DNA of 64,000 nucleotides from a virus (Duplodnaviria > Caudoviricetes): positions 25,781 through 89,780 of the IMG/VR virus record IMGVR_UViG_3300005573_000075. One strand, 5' to 3'. Below, piece after piece: positions 18,029-28,526 of the stretch; within the stretch, counting starts at the first letter, position 1, and every line of letters begins with the position of its first letter. The position numbers were made by a program, and so were the translations under genes. Below the pieces are notes generated by a model. The model made no database searches and was not told where the DNA came from. It saw nothing but the letters and a program-made list of their open reading frames with translations.

Positions 18029-18450
18029 AAATGACAAACACAAACATAAAAATAGGAGTACCTCCACAGACTGAAACAGCTAATGAAGCTGATATAATAA
18101 AACTGATCTGTGAAGGGGTAGCGGAAAAAGAAGTAGTAATAAATAATGTTAAATATGATATTTCTTTGCTTACTGCGGAAGAATCTTCTGATTTTGCTAA
18201 AGAAACCGGTCATTCATTAGCGGAAATATCAACAGATATGAAATTGATTGATATAATAAAATTGCCTTTAATTAAAAGGGTAGTAAAAAAAATATCCACT
18301 CAGAAAGGAATAATAACAGATAAAGAAAAAATAGGAAATATTTTGTCAAAAATACCTGTAGCTGTATTGGATAAATTGTTCATGGAATATATGCAATTAA
18401 CTGCTAATGTTATGAATATGTTTGCCACTGATGAAAAAAAAACTCAATAA
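18025..18450 (+). CDS. Tail assembly chaperone (G-like)
   Basis: Lies between the tubes and the tape measure; ends at an A9 slippery run. Confidence 0.7.
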   Translation: MKMTNTNIKIGVPPQTETANEADIIKLICEGVAEKEVVINNVKYDISLLTAEESSDFAKETGHSLAEISTDMKLIDIIKLPLIKRVVKKISTQKGIITDKEKIGNILSKIPVAVLDKLFMEYMQLTANVMNMFATDEKKTQ

Positions 18451-18692
18451 TTAGCGAATATTTTCCTATTTCCAAAATATATTGGGCGATTTGTAGTTAT
18501 TTTAAAATATTGCCCAATGATCCTTTGTTTCGTAATCTTACTGCTGTGCAAATGTATTGGATAATATCAAATATAATTCAAGAGAATGAGGAGCATAATA
18601 AAGCTTTAAATTCTATTAAATCAAGTAATAGTAAGACTTTTTCTAGTAGAGATGGTTCATTAGAAGAGTTCTTGAATGTATTCAAGAGGTAA
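18435..18692 (+). CDS. -1 frameshift extension of the tail chaperone (GT-like)
   Basis: The -1 frame is open from the A-run (18434-18442) to 18692: NSIISEYFPISKIYWAICSYFKILPNDPLFRNLTAVQMYW... Confidence 0.75.
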   Translation, partial: KKNSIISEYFPISKIYWAICSYFKILPNDPLFRNLTAVQMYWIISNIIQENEEHNKALNSIKSSNSKTFSSRDGSLEEFLNVFKR

Positions 18693-18694
18693 AA

Positions 18695-20527
18695 ATGCCT
18701 GGTGAAAATATATCTGCAGCTCAAGAAGAGTTTAGTAAAATGTTAAAAGCTGCTCAAGAAACATTTAAGGAAATAGATAAAGTATCGGCAGATTCTAATG
18801 CTTTAAAAATTGCATTGCATAAAACTTATGAAGCTCAATTAATAGACTTATTAAAAGGATTTGGTACAGAAGCAGGAAAACAACTTGCAGCACTTACTAA
18901 AGAAACAGAAGTATATGCAAGACAATTTGGAGAAGCGCAGAAAAAAGTAGAACAAGCAACAATAGCAACTGGAAATGATTTTGTAATGGTTACTGACAAA
19001 TATAAAGAAGCTATAATTGAACAAATAGAAGCTCAAAAGCAATATGAAAATGGATTGGCTGGAATAAAAGCAGCTACAGAAGCATATTTACAAGCAGAAA
19101 AGTCATTAGAAGAAGCGGTTCGGAAGTCTGTAGTTTTACGAGAGCAAGCAAAAGAGCAAGCAAAAAAAGATGCTGAGTTGGAAAAAAAGGCTCAAGATTT
19201 AAGAAAAGCTTCTATAGCAGGGTATACCACATATATAGATGCACTTAAAAAAGGAGCAGGGGATACCCCTATAATTAAAAATTTAGGGCAATCAATTTAT
19301 TCTCTTTCTGCGGCTTTCAAATTTTTTGGATTAACAAGTTTTAAAGGAATAGCAGAAAACATAGCAAAATTAACAGAAACAATAGGCCCAGTTACAAGTA
19401 TATTTATGCGATTAGGTTCTTCTATAGGGGCCGCCCTTTTAGCCGCATTTCAAGCAGTTCAACGAAATCTTCAATTTATTTCTTCTCTAGCACAAACTAC
19501 TAGTCTTACTACTAAAGGGTTAACTGATACATCTGCAGCATTAACAGAACAATTACGTGGTTCAATAGGAGTAATGGATACCACTACGTTTGGAATAAAT
19601 AATTTAACCACTACATTAAAAAAAGTTATAACTGCTATACCATTAACAGGAGATGTAATAAATAATGTTGGGGCTGTGGTAACTTCGAATATACAATACT
19701 TAGCTAGAGGTTTTGTAACATTAGGTTTTTCAGCAAGCGATGCACTATCAAATGTAGAAAATTTAGCTGAAAAAGGGATAGTTGAATTTACTAATAGATT
19801 AACAACAGGCGTTTCTAAATCGATACAAAGTCTTTTGGGTTTTATAAATGAATTAAGAAATTTTGGAATTAATACTGCAAGTGCTTTAAATTTTGTTAAA
19901 GAATCATATCCGGCATATCAAAAATTAGGATTAAGTATAAGTGATTTCTCTAAAGGATTTGGGTATTTAGGGAAAATATTAGGCGAGATTAGAGAGAAAG
20001 GAAAAGATGCTTTTTCATTATTTTTGAAAAGCTCTGAAGGAATGTTAAGCACTATGAAATTAATAGCTAGTGAAGGAGATAAATTAACCGGTATGACTTT
20101 AGTAGGCTATCGTATGATAGCTGGAGTAGGACCTACTAATGTTTTTTCTAATGTTATGGATTTAGTAAAAAACCCTATGTCTACTATGCAGAAATTTTCT
20201 TTACAGGCAAGTACTATGTTTAATTTATTAGGTAAAGATATAAATACTTTTATGACATATACATACAGTAAAAGTGATGCTATGGCTAAAATATTCAGCG
20301 AAATATGGGAAAATGCTAGAGAGAATACTGATACATTTACAAAAAATTTACAAGCACTTGGGCGAGGGGAGACAATAAAAGGGTTAACTATTAATCAAGA
20401 ATTGGTTAGATTGGCACAAAGTCAATTAGATCCTTTAAGTTTAATGGTTAGATATTTAGAGCAGATCGTTTATTGGTTGGAATCTAAAGGTTCTTGGCTA
20501 GTTAGAATTGCAATGAAAGCGGTATAA
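18695..20527 (+). CDS. Tape measure protein
   Basis: 610 aa, Ala/Gly/Leu-rich and helical, directly after the chaperone. Confidence 0.75.
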   Translation: MPGENISAAQEEFSKMLKAAQETFKEIDKVSADSNALKIALHKTYEAQLIDLLKGFGTEAGKQLAALTKETEVYARQFGEAQKKVEQATIATGNDFVMVTDKYKEAIIEQIEAQKQYENGLAGIKAATEAYLQAEKSLEEAVRKSVVLREQAKEQAKKDAELEKKAQDLRKASIAGYTTYIDALKKGAGDTPIIKNLGQSIYSLSAAFKFFGLTSFKGIAENIAKLTETIGPVTSIFMRLGSSIGAALLAAFQAVQRNLQFISSLAQTTSLTTKGLTDTSAALTEQLRGSIGVMDTTTFGINNLTTTLKKVITAIPLTGDVINNVGAVVTSNIQYLARGFVTLGFSASDALSNVENLAEKGIVEFTNRLTTGVSKSIQSLLGFINELRNFGINTASALNFVKESYPAYQKLGLSISDFSKGFGYLGKILGEIREKGKDAFSLFLKSSEGMLSTMKLIASEGDKLTGMTLVGYRMIAGVGPTNVFSNVMDLVKNPMSTMQKFSLQASTMFNLLGKDINTFMTYTYSKSDAMAKIFSEIWENARENTDTFTKNLQALGRGETIKGLTINQELVRLAQSQLDPLSLMVRYLEQIVYWLESKGSWLVRIAMKAV

Positions 20528-20543
20528 TAAATAGGAGTAATAG

Positions 20544-21185
20544 ATGGGAATAACACAATATTTAATTCCTGAATTAAAAGATCGGAGAGTATTATATTAT
20601 CCCGCAGAGAGTTTTGCAGCAATAGAAGAAAAGTTAGGGAAAGAAAAATTGAAAACAGAATTATTCAAAATATCTACGTTTAATTTTAGTAAATTAAAAG
20701 AACCTTTAACAAAATTTGTAAAAAGGTATTATGATTATGATGCTAATCCATTTAAAGGAGTGAATAAACTTAAAAAAATAGAATTTCCTAATGTAAATAA
20801 AGTGGATTTCAGAATGAATAGAGATGTCAGCGAAATTTATGGATTATACGGATTTGAATTAGTGCCTTGGTATGTGAAAGCGAATACGCTGGTTATAACA
20901 GGTACATATTATTTTGGAGGAATAATTTCAGAAGTTGATATTTTAGATAGTGATTTAGTATATAATAAGATTAAAGAAGATTTATTTGATACAGATAAGA
21001 AAATAAATACAACAGATAAACATAAATCTTTAATAACTGTAGGGAGAATTACAGAAGCTAATAGTATAGCATTAGTAGGAATAATAAAACGATTTGATAT
21101 AGAAGAATCTACTGAAAGTCAATTTACTTTTACATATACTGTTGAATTTGTAGGGATTGATTTGTGGGGGTACCTAGGTGATTAG
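20544..21185 (+). CDS. Putative tube initiator / baseplate protein
   Basis: Position between tape measure and hub; C-terminal FDIEESTESQFTFTYTVEF tube-fold-like strand. Confidence 0.45.
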   Translation: MGITQYLIPELKDRRVLYYPAESFAAIEEKLGKEKLKTELFKISTFNFSKLKEPLTKFVKRYYDYDANPFKGVNKLKKIEFPNVNKVDFRMNRDVSEIYGLYGFELVPWYVKANTLVITGTYYFGGIISEVDILDSDLVYNKIKEDLFDTDKKINTTDKHKSLITVGRITEANSIALVGIIKRFDIEESTESQFTFTYTVEFVGIDLWGYLGD

Positions 21186-24100
21186 AGAGGAATTTAAATT
21201 AAATTTCAAAGTGTATGTTTATCATTTTAAAGATGTGTATAATCTATTAAAAGCGTATAGCTTAGAATCATTAGTTTTTACAAACATAGATAAATATAAA
21301 TTCCAAAACGATTCTGTAATTCCTTTATTCTCTACTTTATTTAGTATCCAATCACAGGTTGAAATTAGTCAAGATAGTAAAATAATAAAATTAAAAGATA
21401 ATATAGATAATCCAGTGAAAAATTATTATTCTTTGCTATCTTCTTATATTGAGGAAAATTATAAATCATTCCCATGGCTTTTAAGTGTGTTAGATAAATC
21501 TGCGGAGAAAAAAGAATATATTAAGAAGTTTTTAAATACATTAAAAGACAATTTAATTGAAGATTTTACAAAAAATATAGATAATATTAGTAATGGAAAA
21601 ATAACAATAGAGAAAAAGGATATTACTAAATTTGTATTATCTATAAATCATTCCAATTCAGTAGAACAACCTTCTAATAAAGCCACTATAAATATAAATA
21701 TAGATAGAAGATCTTCCATATATGAACAAATTAAAAATGAATTATATGATAAAGATACTAATGAACTTTTAATAAGTGAAAATGATATTGTAGAAATCAG
21801 AGTAAAATATCCAAAAATATATGATCCTTTTCCTGGCGAATATTATGATGATGATGGGTATTACAGAATGTTTATTGGGTTTATTTCTGAATTAAAAATA
21901 TCAAAAAGTGCTTTAGAATATATGTCTTTATCCTTGCAATGCGAAGGAATATATAAAATATTAGAATTGCAAAAAGCTATATATACTACTGCTTTAGGGC
22001 AATCTCAGCTTTTTGAAAAAAATACAGAATTACAAGATGTGAATGTAAATATTTTTCAAAATAAATTTACTAGAATGTCAGCTAAAGCAATATTTGAAGA
22101 TATATTATCCTCCATATTTTTAAATGGTTCAAATGAAAATATTAATGAATTATTAGAAAAAGAATCTACTTTAAAAATTAAAATACCTACAGCGAGTAAT
22201 GCTTTTTCTTATGATATACCATTAAAACAAGATATAGATAAAGTTAATTTTCAATTTATAACTTATATTCCTTTATTATATATTTTAGTAAAATTTATAG
22301 AAACTAGAGATACCACTAGCAAATTAGATCTTTCTTTTATATCCGCATACCATGACGGTATAGATATTCCACCTTACGAATTAGCTATTCAAGAGGCGTT
22401 CAGATTATTTTACCCTGTGTTAAAAACACCTTTAGATATACTAAGAGAAGTAGTTATTAACACTTTTTGTGAATTTTTTGAAAATGATCAAGGGGTGCTT
22501 ATATTGCGCACCCCAAAATATAACCAAATAGATTTATTTTATGATTTTTTAGAAAAAAATAATTCCGAAATTAAAACAGATAATAGAATAACATTAGATA
22601 AAGATATAACAGATGTAAATTCGGATTATATTATAATCCCAGAGAATATTATTTCTTACTCATATGATCAAAAAGATCCTTCTATAGTAACCAGAAGCGA
22701 TATGCAATTTTATTTCCCATTAAATGGACAACCTTTGCCTACTTACACAGGACATTATACTGATCCTTATCTGTTAGCTAAATATGGTATGCGGCCGGTA
22801 GAGCCAATGAACAATCCTTTAAGTATTAATCCGGCTATAGCAGAAGTGTTATCTCCCTTAGTATTAGCAAATAAGAATAAAAACGCTAGAATTATACAGA
22901 TTGAAGTTATAAATAATAAGCCATATAAATTAGGCTATCTGTATTTTATTCCTACTGATTCTTCATATAAAGAACCATTGATTAATTCTGAAATTAATAC
23001 TACTCTTGAAGGGGTGGAAAAAAGGATATATGGGTATGTAGGATATTTAGAACAGAAACAATCTTCCTATGCTCCTTTTAAAGGATTTACTACAACTTTG
23101 ACATTTACTTATGTTAGAAAAGCAAATATAATTGCTAAACAAGTAAAAGGAGAAAATTTTGTTACAAAACCAACTTATCAAAAATATATAGAATTTAAAA
23201 AGTTACCAGATACTGAAACCATTTTAAATTTAGCTTTTAAATTTAATGTAGATAAAGCTCAAGGAATGGTAGAAAAGCAAACTCCAGCGGAGAAAGAAAA
23301 AGCTTCTTCTATAACTACTTCAGAAATTAGTGAAAATGGGTTTTATATAATACCTAATGGAGAATTATCTTACAAATATAATTATAAAAGGGAAGTATTA
23401 GAAAATTCAAGTGTATCATCAGAAAATATTGAAGATTTTTTATACCCTTTTGCTGTACGGGGAAAATTTGAAAGCACGGTAGAAGCTTTTGATAATACAC
23501 CTAAAAATAAATATTTTCTTTCTTATTTGACTATATTAGATAAATTAACATTAGAGACTTCTTATGAAATCGCATTTGAAAAATATAATAAATTTTTTAA
23601 ACCAAGTATTGAGAATTTTGTTAAAGCAGTAATTAGAGATTATATAGATGCTAATAAACTAAAAATAGCAGAGGTAGAAAAAAGGCTTAAAGAAGTAACA
23701 ATTGATTTTTCCACTATTGAAGTTAATATAACTAAACTAACAAATATAAAATTAAAACCAGCAACTGTTTTGACTAACAAGGTATTTTGGATTACTGTTA
23801 AAAGTAATACAGGAGATTCTAATTTTGATAGAATTGCACGATCTTTTGGGTTTATAGCATGTTATCCATTGAATAAACTTCCTAAGCCTTCTTATTATGC
23901 CATATGGAAAGAAGGGAATTCTAAAGAAGAAGGATATATTTTAAAAGGATTTGATTTTCAAAAATCTATTGAAATAACTAATGATGATTTTTTATATAAT
24001 ATATTTATATTTAGAACAACGTCTTCAGATAAGGTTAAGGGATATGACATTCAAGATATGTTAACTCGAAGAGTACTTTATACTAATAAAAATGCAATAC

Positions 24101-24666
24101 ATGCCAATTATAACTTTGCTAACTATTATAAAGATTATAGCATTTATAGTGTAATAAAACCTATGGACACAGAATTTGAATTTTATAAAGTAATATTTGT
24201 TATTCCTAGTGAAATCCAATTTAGGGGAACTACTGCTGAAGGTATACAAATGGAAGAGTCACAGATAGAAGTAAGTAAATTAAATATTGATATTCCATAC
24301 AGTGGAAGATGGTTTCTTTATGAAAAAGCACCTAATGAAATTAAGTTTACAAATATTGAGAGATTTATAGAATATGAGGATTCTAAGTATGGAGATACAT
24401 TAAAAGAATTTGAAGAGAATATGCAAAATTTTTATTCGTTGAGAAGATTTAATTCAATAGATAATGATAATAGTCTATTATTAGTATGGAATTTTGTATA
24501 TTTAGATAAAGAATTTGAAATTTTTAAAAAAGAAGTAAAAAATTTATATGCATTTAATTATGCTACTTGGGAAACAGGTACAGGTAAAAATACAGATTTT
24601 GCTGATGTATATTCTGGCAAGGTATTAAATCTCAATGAGGTAAGAACAAATGAATTTAGTCTTTGA
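21178..24666 (+). CDS. Putative baseplate hub protein (large)
   Basis: 1162 aa; ISENDIVEIR, FCEFFENDQGVLILRTPKYN and KYGMRP resemble hub proteins; precedes the spike. Confidence 0.55.
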   Translation: MIREEFKLNFKVYVYHFKDVYNLLKAYSLESLVFTNIDKYKFQNDSVIPLFSTLFSIQSQVEISQDSKIIKLKDNIDNPVKNYYSLLSSYIEENYKSFPWLLSVLDKSAEKKEYIKKFLNTLKDNLIEDFTKNIDNISNGKITIEKKDITKFVLSINHSNSVEQPSNKATININIDRRSSIYEQIKNELYDKDTNELLISENDIVEIRVKYPKIYDPFPGEYYDDDGYYRMFIGFISELKISKSALEYMSLSLQCEGIYKILELQKAIYTTALGQSQLFEKNTELQDVNVNIFQNKFTRMSAKAIFEDILSSIFLNGSNENINELLEKESTLKIKIPTASNAFSYDIPLKQDIDKVNFQFITYIPLLYILVKFIETRDTTSKLDLSFISAYHDGIDIPPYELAIQEAFRLFYPVLKTPLDILREVVINTFCEFFENDQGVLILRTPKYNQIDLFYDFLEKNNSEIKTDNRITLDKDITDVNSDYIIIPENIISYSYDQKDPSIVTRSDMQFYFPLNGQPLPTYTGHYTDPYLLAKYGMRPVEPMNNPLSINPAIAEVLSPLVLANKNKNARIIQIEVINNKPYKLGYLYFIPTDSSYKEPLINSEINTTLEGVEKRIYGYVGYLEQKQSSYAPFKGFTTTLTFTYVRKANIIAKQVKGENFVTKPTYQKYIEFKKLPDTETILNLAFKFNVDKAQGMVEKQTPAEKEKASSITTSEISENGFYIIPNGELSYKYNYKREVLENSSVSSENIEDFLYPFAVRGKFESTVEAFDNTPKNKYFLSYLTILDKLTLETSYEIAFEKYNKFFKPSIENFVKAVIRDYIDANKLKIAEVEKRLKEVTIDFSTIEVNITKLTNIKLKPATVLTNKVFWITVKSNTGDSNFDRIARSFGFIACYPLNKLPKPSYYAIWKEGNSKEEGYILKGFDFQKSIEITNDDFLYNIFIFRTTSSDKVKGYDIQDMLTRRVLYTNKNAIHANYNFANYYKDYSIYSVIKPMDTEFEFYKVIFVIPSEIQFRGTTAEGIQMEESQIEVSKLNIDIPYSGRWFLYEKAPNEIKFTNIERFIEYEDSKYGDTLKEFEENMQNFYSLRRFNSIDNDNSLLLVWNFVYLDKEFEIFKKEVKNLYAFNYATWETGTGKNTDFADVYSGKVLNLNEVRTNEFSL

Positions 24667-25951
24667 GATAGGGCAAGTAATAAGATATTACCCGGACGAA
24701 TTAGCTGCAGATGTCCAGAATTCTATAGGGATTATATATCAAAAAGTGCCGTTTGTTACTTCTTCATCTATTGTTATAGGCCCTCTGGAACCTTATATAA
24801 AAGAATCTCCTTTAGAAGATACTCCGCCAGAAAAAGCGCCTACAAAAGGAAGATTGATAAATACAGGCTCTTTTGTGTTATTAGGAAGGTTTCCTAATAT
24901 AGATAAGGTAGCTATAATTAGTGTGTTAAATGACGATTTAACTATATTAGGGTCTACAGGATTAAATGTTAATCTATCTAGAAATTTCCCTTTATTATCA
25001 TTAGTAGAATCGGGGGATATACTATTTACAGCGTTAGGTAAATATAAAGAAGATCCCTTTGTAGATATAAATGATACTCCTAATAGATTTAAAAGGGAAT
25101 ACGGTTCCTGGTTATTGTTAAAACATTTTGGGGATGCTATATTATCAAATACCAATTCTTCCGCGATAGTATGGCTTTTGCACGATGGAAGTTTAAAATT
25201 ATATGGTACTACTTATGAAATTTTAGGGAAAACTTCTTCTTTGTATGAAACTGAAAATGGGGATTGTTTACTTTCTAGGGGTAATAGTATTCAAAGTGAA
25301 GATTGCTATGTAAAGTTATCTAAAGATAATGAGTTAATTCTTAAATTCCCTAATGGAACTATAGTAGGCAAAGAGGGGGAATTATCTGTAAATACAACCG
25401 ATCTAAATTTAAATTCTACTAATGTTAATGTGCAAGCAGTGGAAGAATATAAGAATATAGAGGAAAGTAATACTTATTATACTAATTATAGTGTAACTGC
25501 TAATAATATAGATATATCTGCAAACTATTATACTAAAGTAATAGATAATATAGCTGAAAATATATCCAAGGATTCATATAGCTTAATCCTTACAAAAAGT
25601 AAGGATACATCAGAATTAATTTATTCTATTGAAATAGGAGATAAAGTAAAATTAAGTGGAACCACATCTGAATATTCTATTGAGGTGGATAAGACTTCTT
25701 TAAGTTTAGATGAATCTAACGCTACTTTAAATACTGATAAAATTAATATAAAAGCTAAAGAAGTAACTATAGATGTGGATGGTAATAAATTAGTTATAGA
25801 TAAATCAGGGGTTAAGATTAAACCTACTACTATGGTGGAGGTTGGGGATAATCCTACCCATTTTGTTGTCGTCGCCCCAACTGCCGGCAGTGGGCCGGCG
25901 TTGTGGGGACAGCTGATGATTACCCCTAAAATAAAGGTGAGTTTGACATGA
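24650..25951 (+). CDS. Baseplate central spike (gp5/GpV-like)
   Basis: N-terminal OB-like segment followed by a long beta-strand repeat region. Confidence 0.6.
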   Translation: MNLVFEIGQVIRYYPDELAADVQNSIGIIYQKVPFVTSSSIVIGPLEPYIKESPLEDTPPEKAPTKGRLINTGSFVLLGRFPNIDKVAIISVLNDDLTILGSTGLNVNLSRNFPLLSLVESGDILFTALGKYKEDPFVDINDTPNRFKREYGSWLLLKHFGDAILSNTNSSAIVWLLHDGSLKLYGTTYEILGKTSSLYETENGDCLLSRGNSIQSEDCYVKLSKDNELILKFPNGTIVGKEGELSVNTTDLNLNSTNVNVQAVEEYKNIEESNTYYTNYSVTANNIDISANYYTKVIDNIAENISKDSYSLILTKSKDTSELIYSIEIGDKVKLSGTTSEYSIEVDKTSLSLDESNATLNTDKINIKAKEVTIDVDGNKLVIDKSGVKIKPTTMVEVGDNPTHFVVVAPTAGSGPALWGQLMITPKIKVSLT

Positions 25952-26349
25952 ATTTATCTAATGCAGAAAAAGCAACATTGAAAAATTTATTGCTATCAAT
26001 AAGGCAATTATTGACAGTATATAAAACCCGATTAGTCAATCAAGCTGTAATTATTTCAGCGGTTAAAGTACCGCTTGGGATGTATACAGGCGCCTATAAA
26101 CCGGTGGAGTACAAGAAACCTTACATCTTAAATGCAAATAATTACATAAAAAAAGGGGGAGAGAGTTCTGTTGAATCGGATCAATTATTTTTGAATGCAA
26201 GTAAATATACCCAAACATATGAGAGTATAAAAAAATTTTACAATATAACGGGTATATATATAGAGGGCGACTTTATGCGTTGCACTCGTGAAATTGATAA
26301 TTTAAGCAAAAACATAGAATATATTGATAAAGTGATACAGGAACTTTGA
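25948..26349 (+). CDS. Hypothetical baseplate-region protein
   Basis: ATGA overlaps on both sides. Confidence 0.55.
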   Translation: MNLSNAEKATLKNLLLSIRQLLTVYKTRLVNQAVIISAVKVPLGMYTGAYKPVEYKKPYILNANNYIKKGGESSVESDQLFLNASKYTQTYESIKKFYNITGIYIEGDFMRCTREIDNLSKNIEYIDKVIQEL

Positions 26350-26804
26350 ACATGGAAACCATAACCTACAATTCAGAATCTTTTGATATAGGGATATCCG
26401 ACAATGACATAGCTACTTCGGATTATACTGATCCCAAAATTCTAGTTGATAGGTTCATAAGATGTTTAGTGACAAAACCTTTTCAAATACCGCTTGTTGA
26501 TGGGGGGAGTAATTCTACTAGAATGTTAGATTTAATTAATCAAAGATATTCTGATGAATTACTCATATATATTCGTTCATTTATTAATTCTGCTATGAAT
26601 TTTGTTAATGATTATATAAAAGATAATGAAACAAATATAGTAACTACATATATGAAAGCTCACCTGGATGCTACAGAAGTTCCTATATATACTATAAGCG
26701 AGATAAAAGATATTACTATAGAGCAAAAGGCTAGCACATTAGAAGTGGCTATGACTTTAGTCATTGGGAAAAATACTTTCACGGTAATGATTGGAGGGGC
26801 ATAA
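26346..26804 (+). CDS. Putative gp25-like baseplate wedge protein
   Basis: Size and position immediately before baseplate J. Confidence 0.45.
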   Translation: MNMETITYNSESFDIGISDNDIATSDYTDPKILVDRFIRCLVTKPFQIPLVDGGSNSTRMLDLINQRYSDELLIYIRSFINSAMNFVNDYIKDNETNIVTTYMKAHLDATEVPIYTISEIKDITIEQKASTLEVAMTLVIGKNTFTVMIGGA

Positions 26805-28290
26805 GATGGCATTTTTCACACAGCAGCAATACATAGATTTACTAGTTAATGAAATAAAGAAATACAATCCTAACTTAGATGTTTCTGTAGGTTCAACTAC
26901 CCGGGATGTTTTTGTATACCCTTCCGCAGCGGCATTATCGTATAACGCCGCGCTTCTGGAATTAACTTCTATTTCCCAATCGGTTTCATTGATTGTAGAA
27001 GCCATGGATAATACAGATTTAATTGCTAGATTAGCTGAAGCGTTGAATATTAGTCCTGTGGATGTAATAACATTATTGCAGCAGAGCATAGACAGGATAG
27101 GGAATAGTTTGAATTTAACCAGAAAAGCGGCTACTTACGCCAATGGTTTTGCCTATTTTTATGTATCTGGAGTACCTTCAAATGATTTAACAGTCCCTGT
27201 TAATACTGAAATTCAGACTTCTTATGGAGTGATTTATAAAGTTACGCAAACTACAGTTTTAATGGTAGCTAATATTAACCAATATTATAACCCTGTTTTG
27301 CAGAAATATGCGGTTTTAGTGCCGATACAGGCAGTAAATTCCGGTTCAAATTATAATGTTGCCGAGCGGGCATTGATATTTTTTGGGCAGAACCCACCTA
27401 ATGGATTTGAAGGGGTAATCAATTTAGTGGCTATAAATAATGGTAAGGATATAGAAAGTTATACTGATTTTGCGGATAGGATAAAAACGACATATGCAGG
27501 GGTTAATATAGCCACAAAGAACGGGTTGAAGGCGTTAATAACAAATAATATTTATGTTAATGATATCATTGTAATTACTTCTAATGACCCCGAAATGATT
27601 AGAAATGAAGGCAAAGGCGGGGTAGTAGATATCTATGTAAAGGAAAATAGTCCTACATTAGAAGCAGAAACATTTACATATAATACCACAGAACCATATA
27701 TTTTAAGCAAACAACCGGTATTAGATATTATCCAAATATCAGGAATACGTGGTGGGGTACAATATAGTTTTATAGAGAATACTGATTTTGTGTTGCAGTT
27801 TGACACTAATGCAATATCTAAAAATTCTACCATAGCAAAGGATAAAATAGTATTTATTAACCCACCAGATCCTAATACAGAATTTACTGTTACTTATGTT
27901 ACCAATTATATCATGCAGCAAATAAAAGATTTATTATATCAAGATGATTATTTACCTTTAATGGGGAATGTAAAAGACAGCGTGGCTGTCAAGATGGGGG
28001 AAGAAGTAAAAATAGATATAAATGCAAAGGTTAATGTATTATCAAGTTATAGTAAAACTACCGTGGTAAATGATATTATTGGTAGAGTAAACGGATATAT
28101 AAATGATTTAAAATTTGGGGAAGGGATAACTCAAAGTGATATTATAAATATTATAGAGAATACGCCAGGGGTTCAAAGCGTAGAAATCCCATTACTGAAA
28201 TTTAATGTTTCTGGCCAATCGGAAGTAGTGGATAGGATTGATATAACTCAATTTGAGTATTTGGTACTCGGGGAGATTCTGATACAATGA
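26791..28290 (+). CDS. Baseplate J-like wedge protein
   Basis: LTRKAATYANG, VPIQAVNSGSNYNV, GKDIESYTDFADRI and GGVVDIYV signatures. Likely start is the ATG about 15 nt downstream of the listed start. Confidence 0.85.
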   Translation: MEGHKMAFFTQQQYIDLLVNEIKKYNPNLDVSVGSTTRDVFVYPSAAALSYNAALLELTSISQSVSLIVEAMDNTDLIARLAEALNISPVDVITLLQQSIDRIGNSLNLTRKAATYANGFAYFYVSGVPSNDLTVPVNTEIQTSYGVIYKVTQTTVLMVANINQYYNPVLQKYAVLVPIQAVNSGSNYNVAERALIFFGQNPPNGFEGVINLVAINNGKDIESYTDFADRIKTTYAGVNIATKNGLKALITNNIYVNDIIVITSNDPEMIRNEGKGGVVDIYVKENSPTLEAETFTYNTTEPYILSKQPVLDIIQISGIRGGVQYSFIENTDFVLQFDTNAISKNSTIAKDKIVFINPPDPNTEFTVTYVTNYIMQQIKDLLYQDDYLPLMGNVKDSVAVKMGEEVKIDINAKVNVLSSYSKTTVVNDIIGRVNGYINDLKFGEGITQSDIINIIENTPGVQSVEIPLLKFNVSGQSEVVDRIDITQFEYLVLGEILIQ

Positions 28291-28526
28291 TAATAACTCG
28301 CAATGAAGACAAAGCATCAGTAATAGCTTATTGGGAGCCAGTGCAAGGGGCAGTGGAATACAAAATAATGTTATCCGACAATGGATATAATTTTACCCTT
28401 GCCTTTTACACTTATAAAAATTATTTTAAATATGATAATTTAAATCAATATAAATTATATACTTTTAAAGTAATAGCAATAGACAGTAATAATGGTGAAA
28501 CTTTAATAGGAGAAGAACAAATCTAA
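28287..28526 (+). CDS. Small fibronectin type III-like protein
   Basis: AYWEPVQGAVEYKI...YTFKVIAID pattern. Confidence 0.55.
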   Translation: MIITRNEDKASVIAYWEPVQGAVEYKIMLSDNGYNFTLAFYTYKNYFKYDNLNQYKLYTFKVIAIDSNNGETLIGEEQI

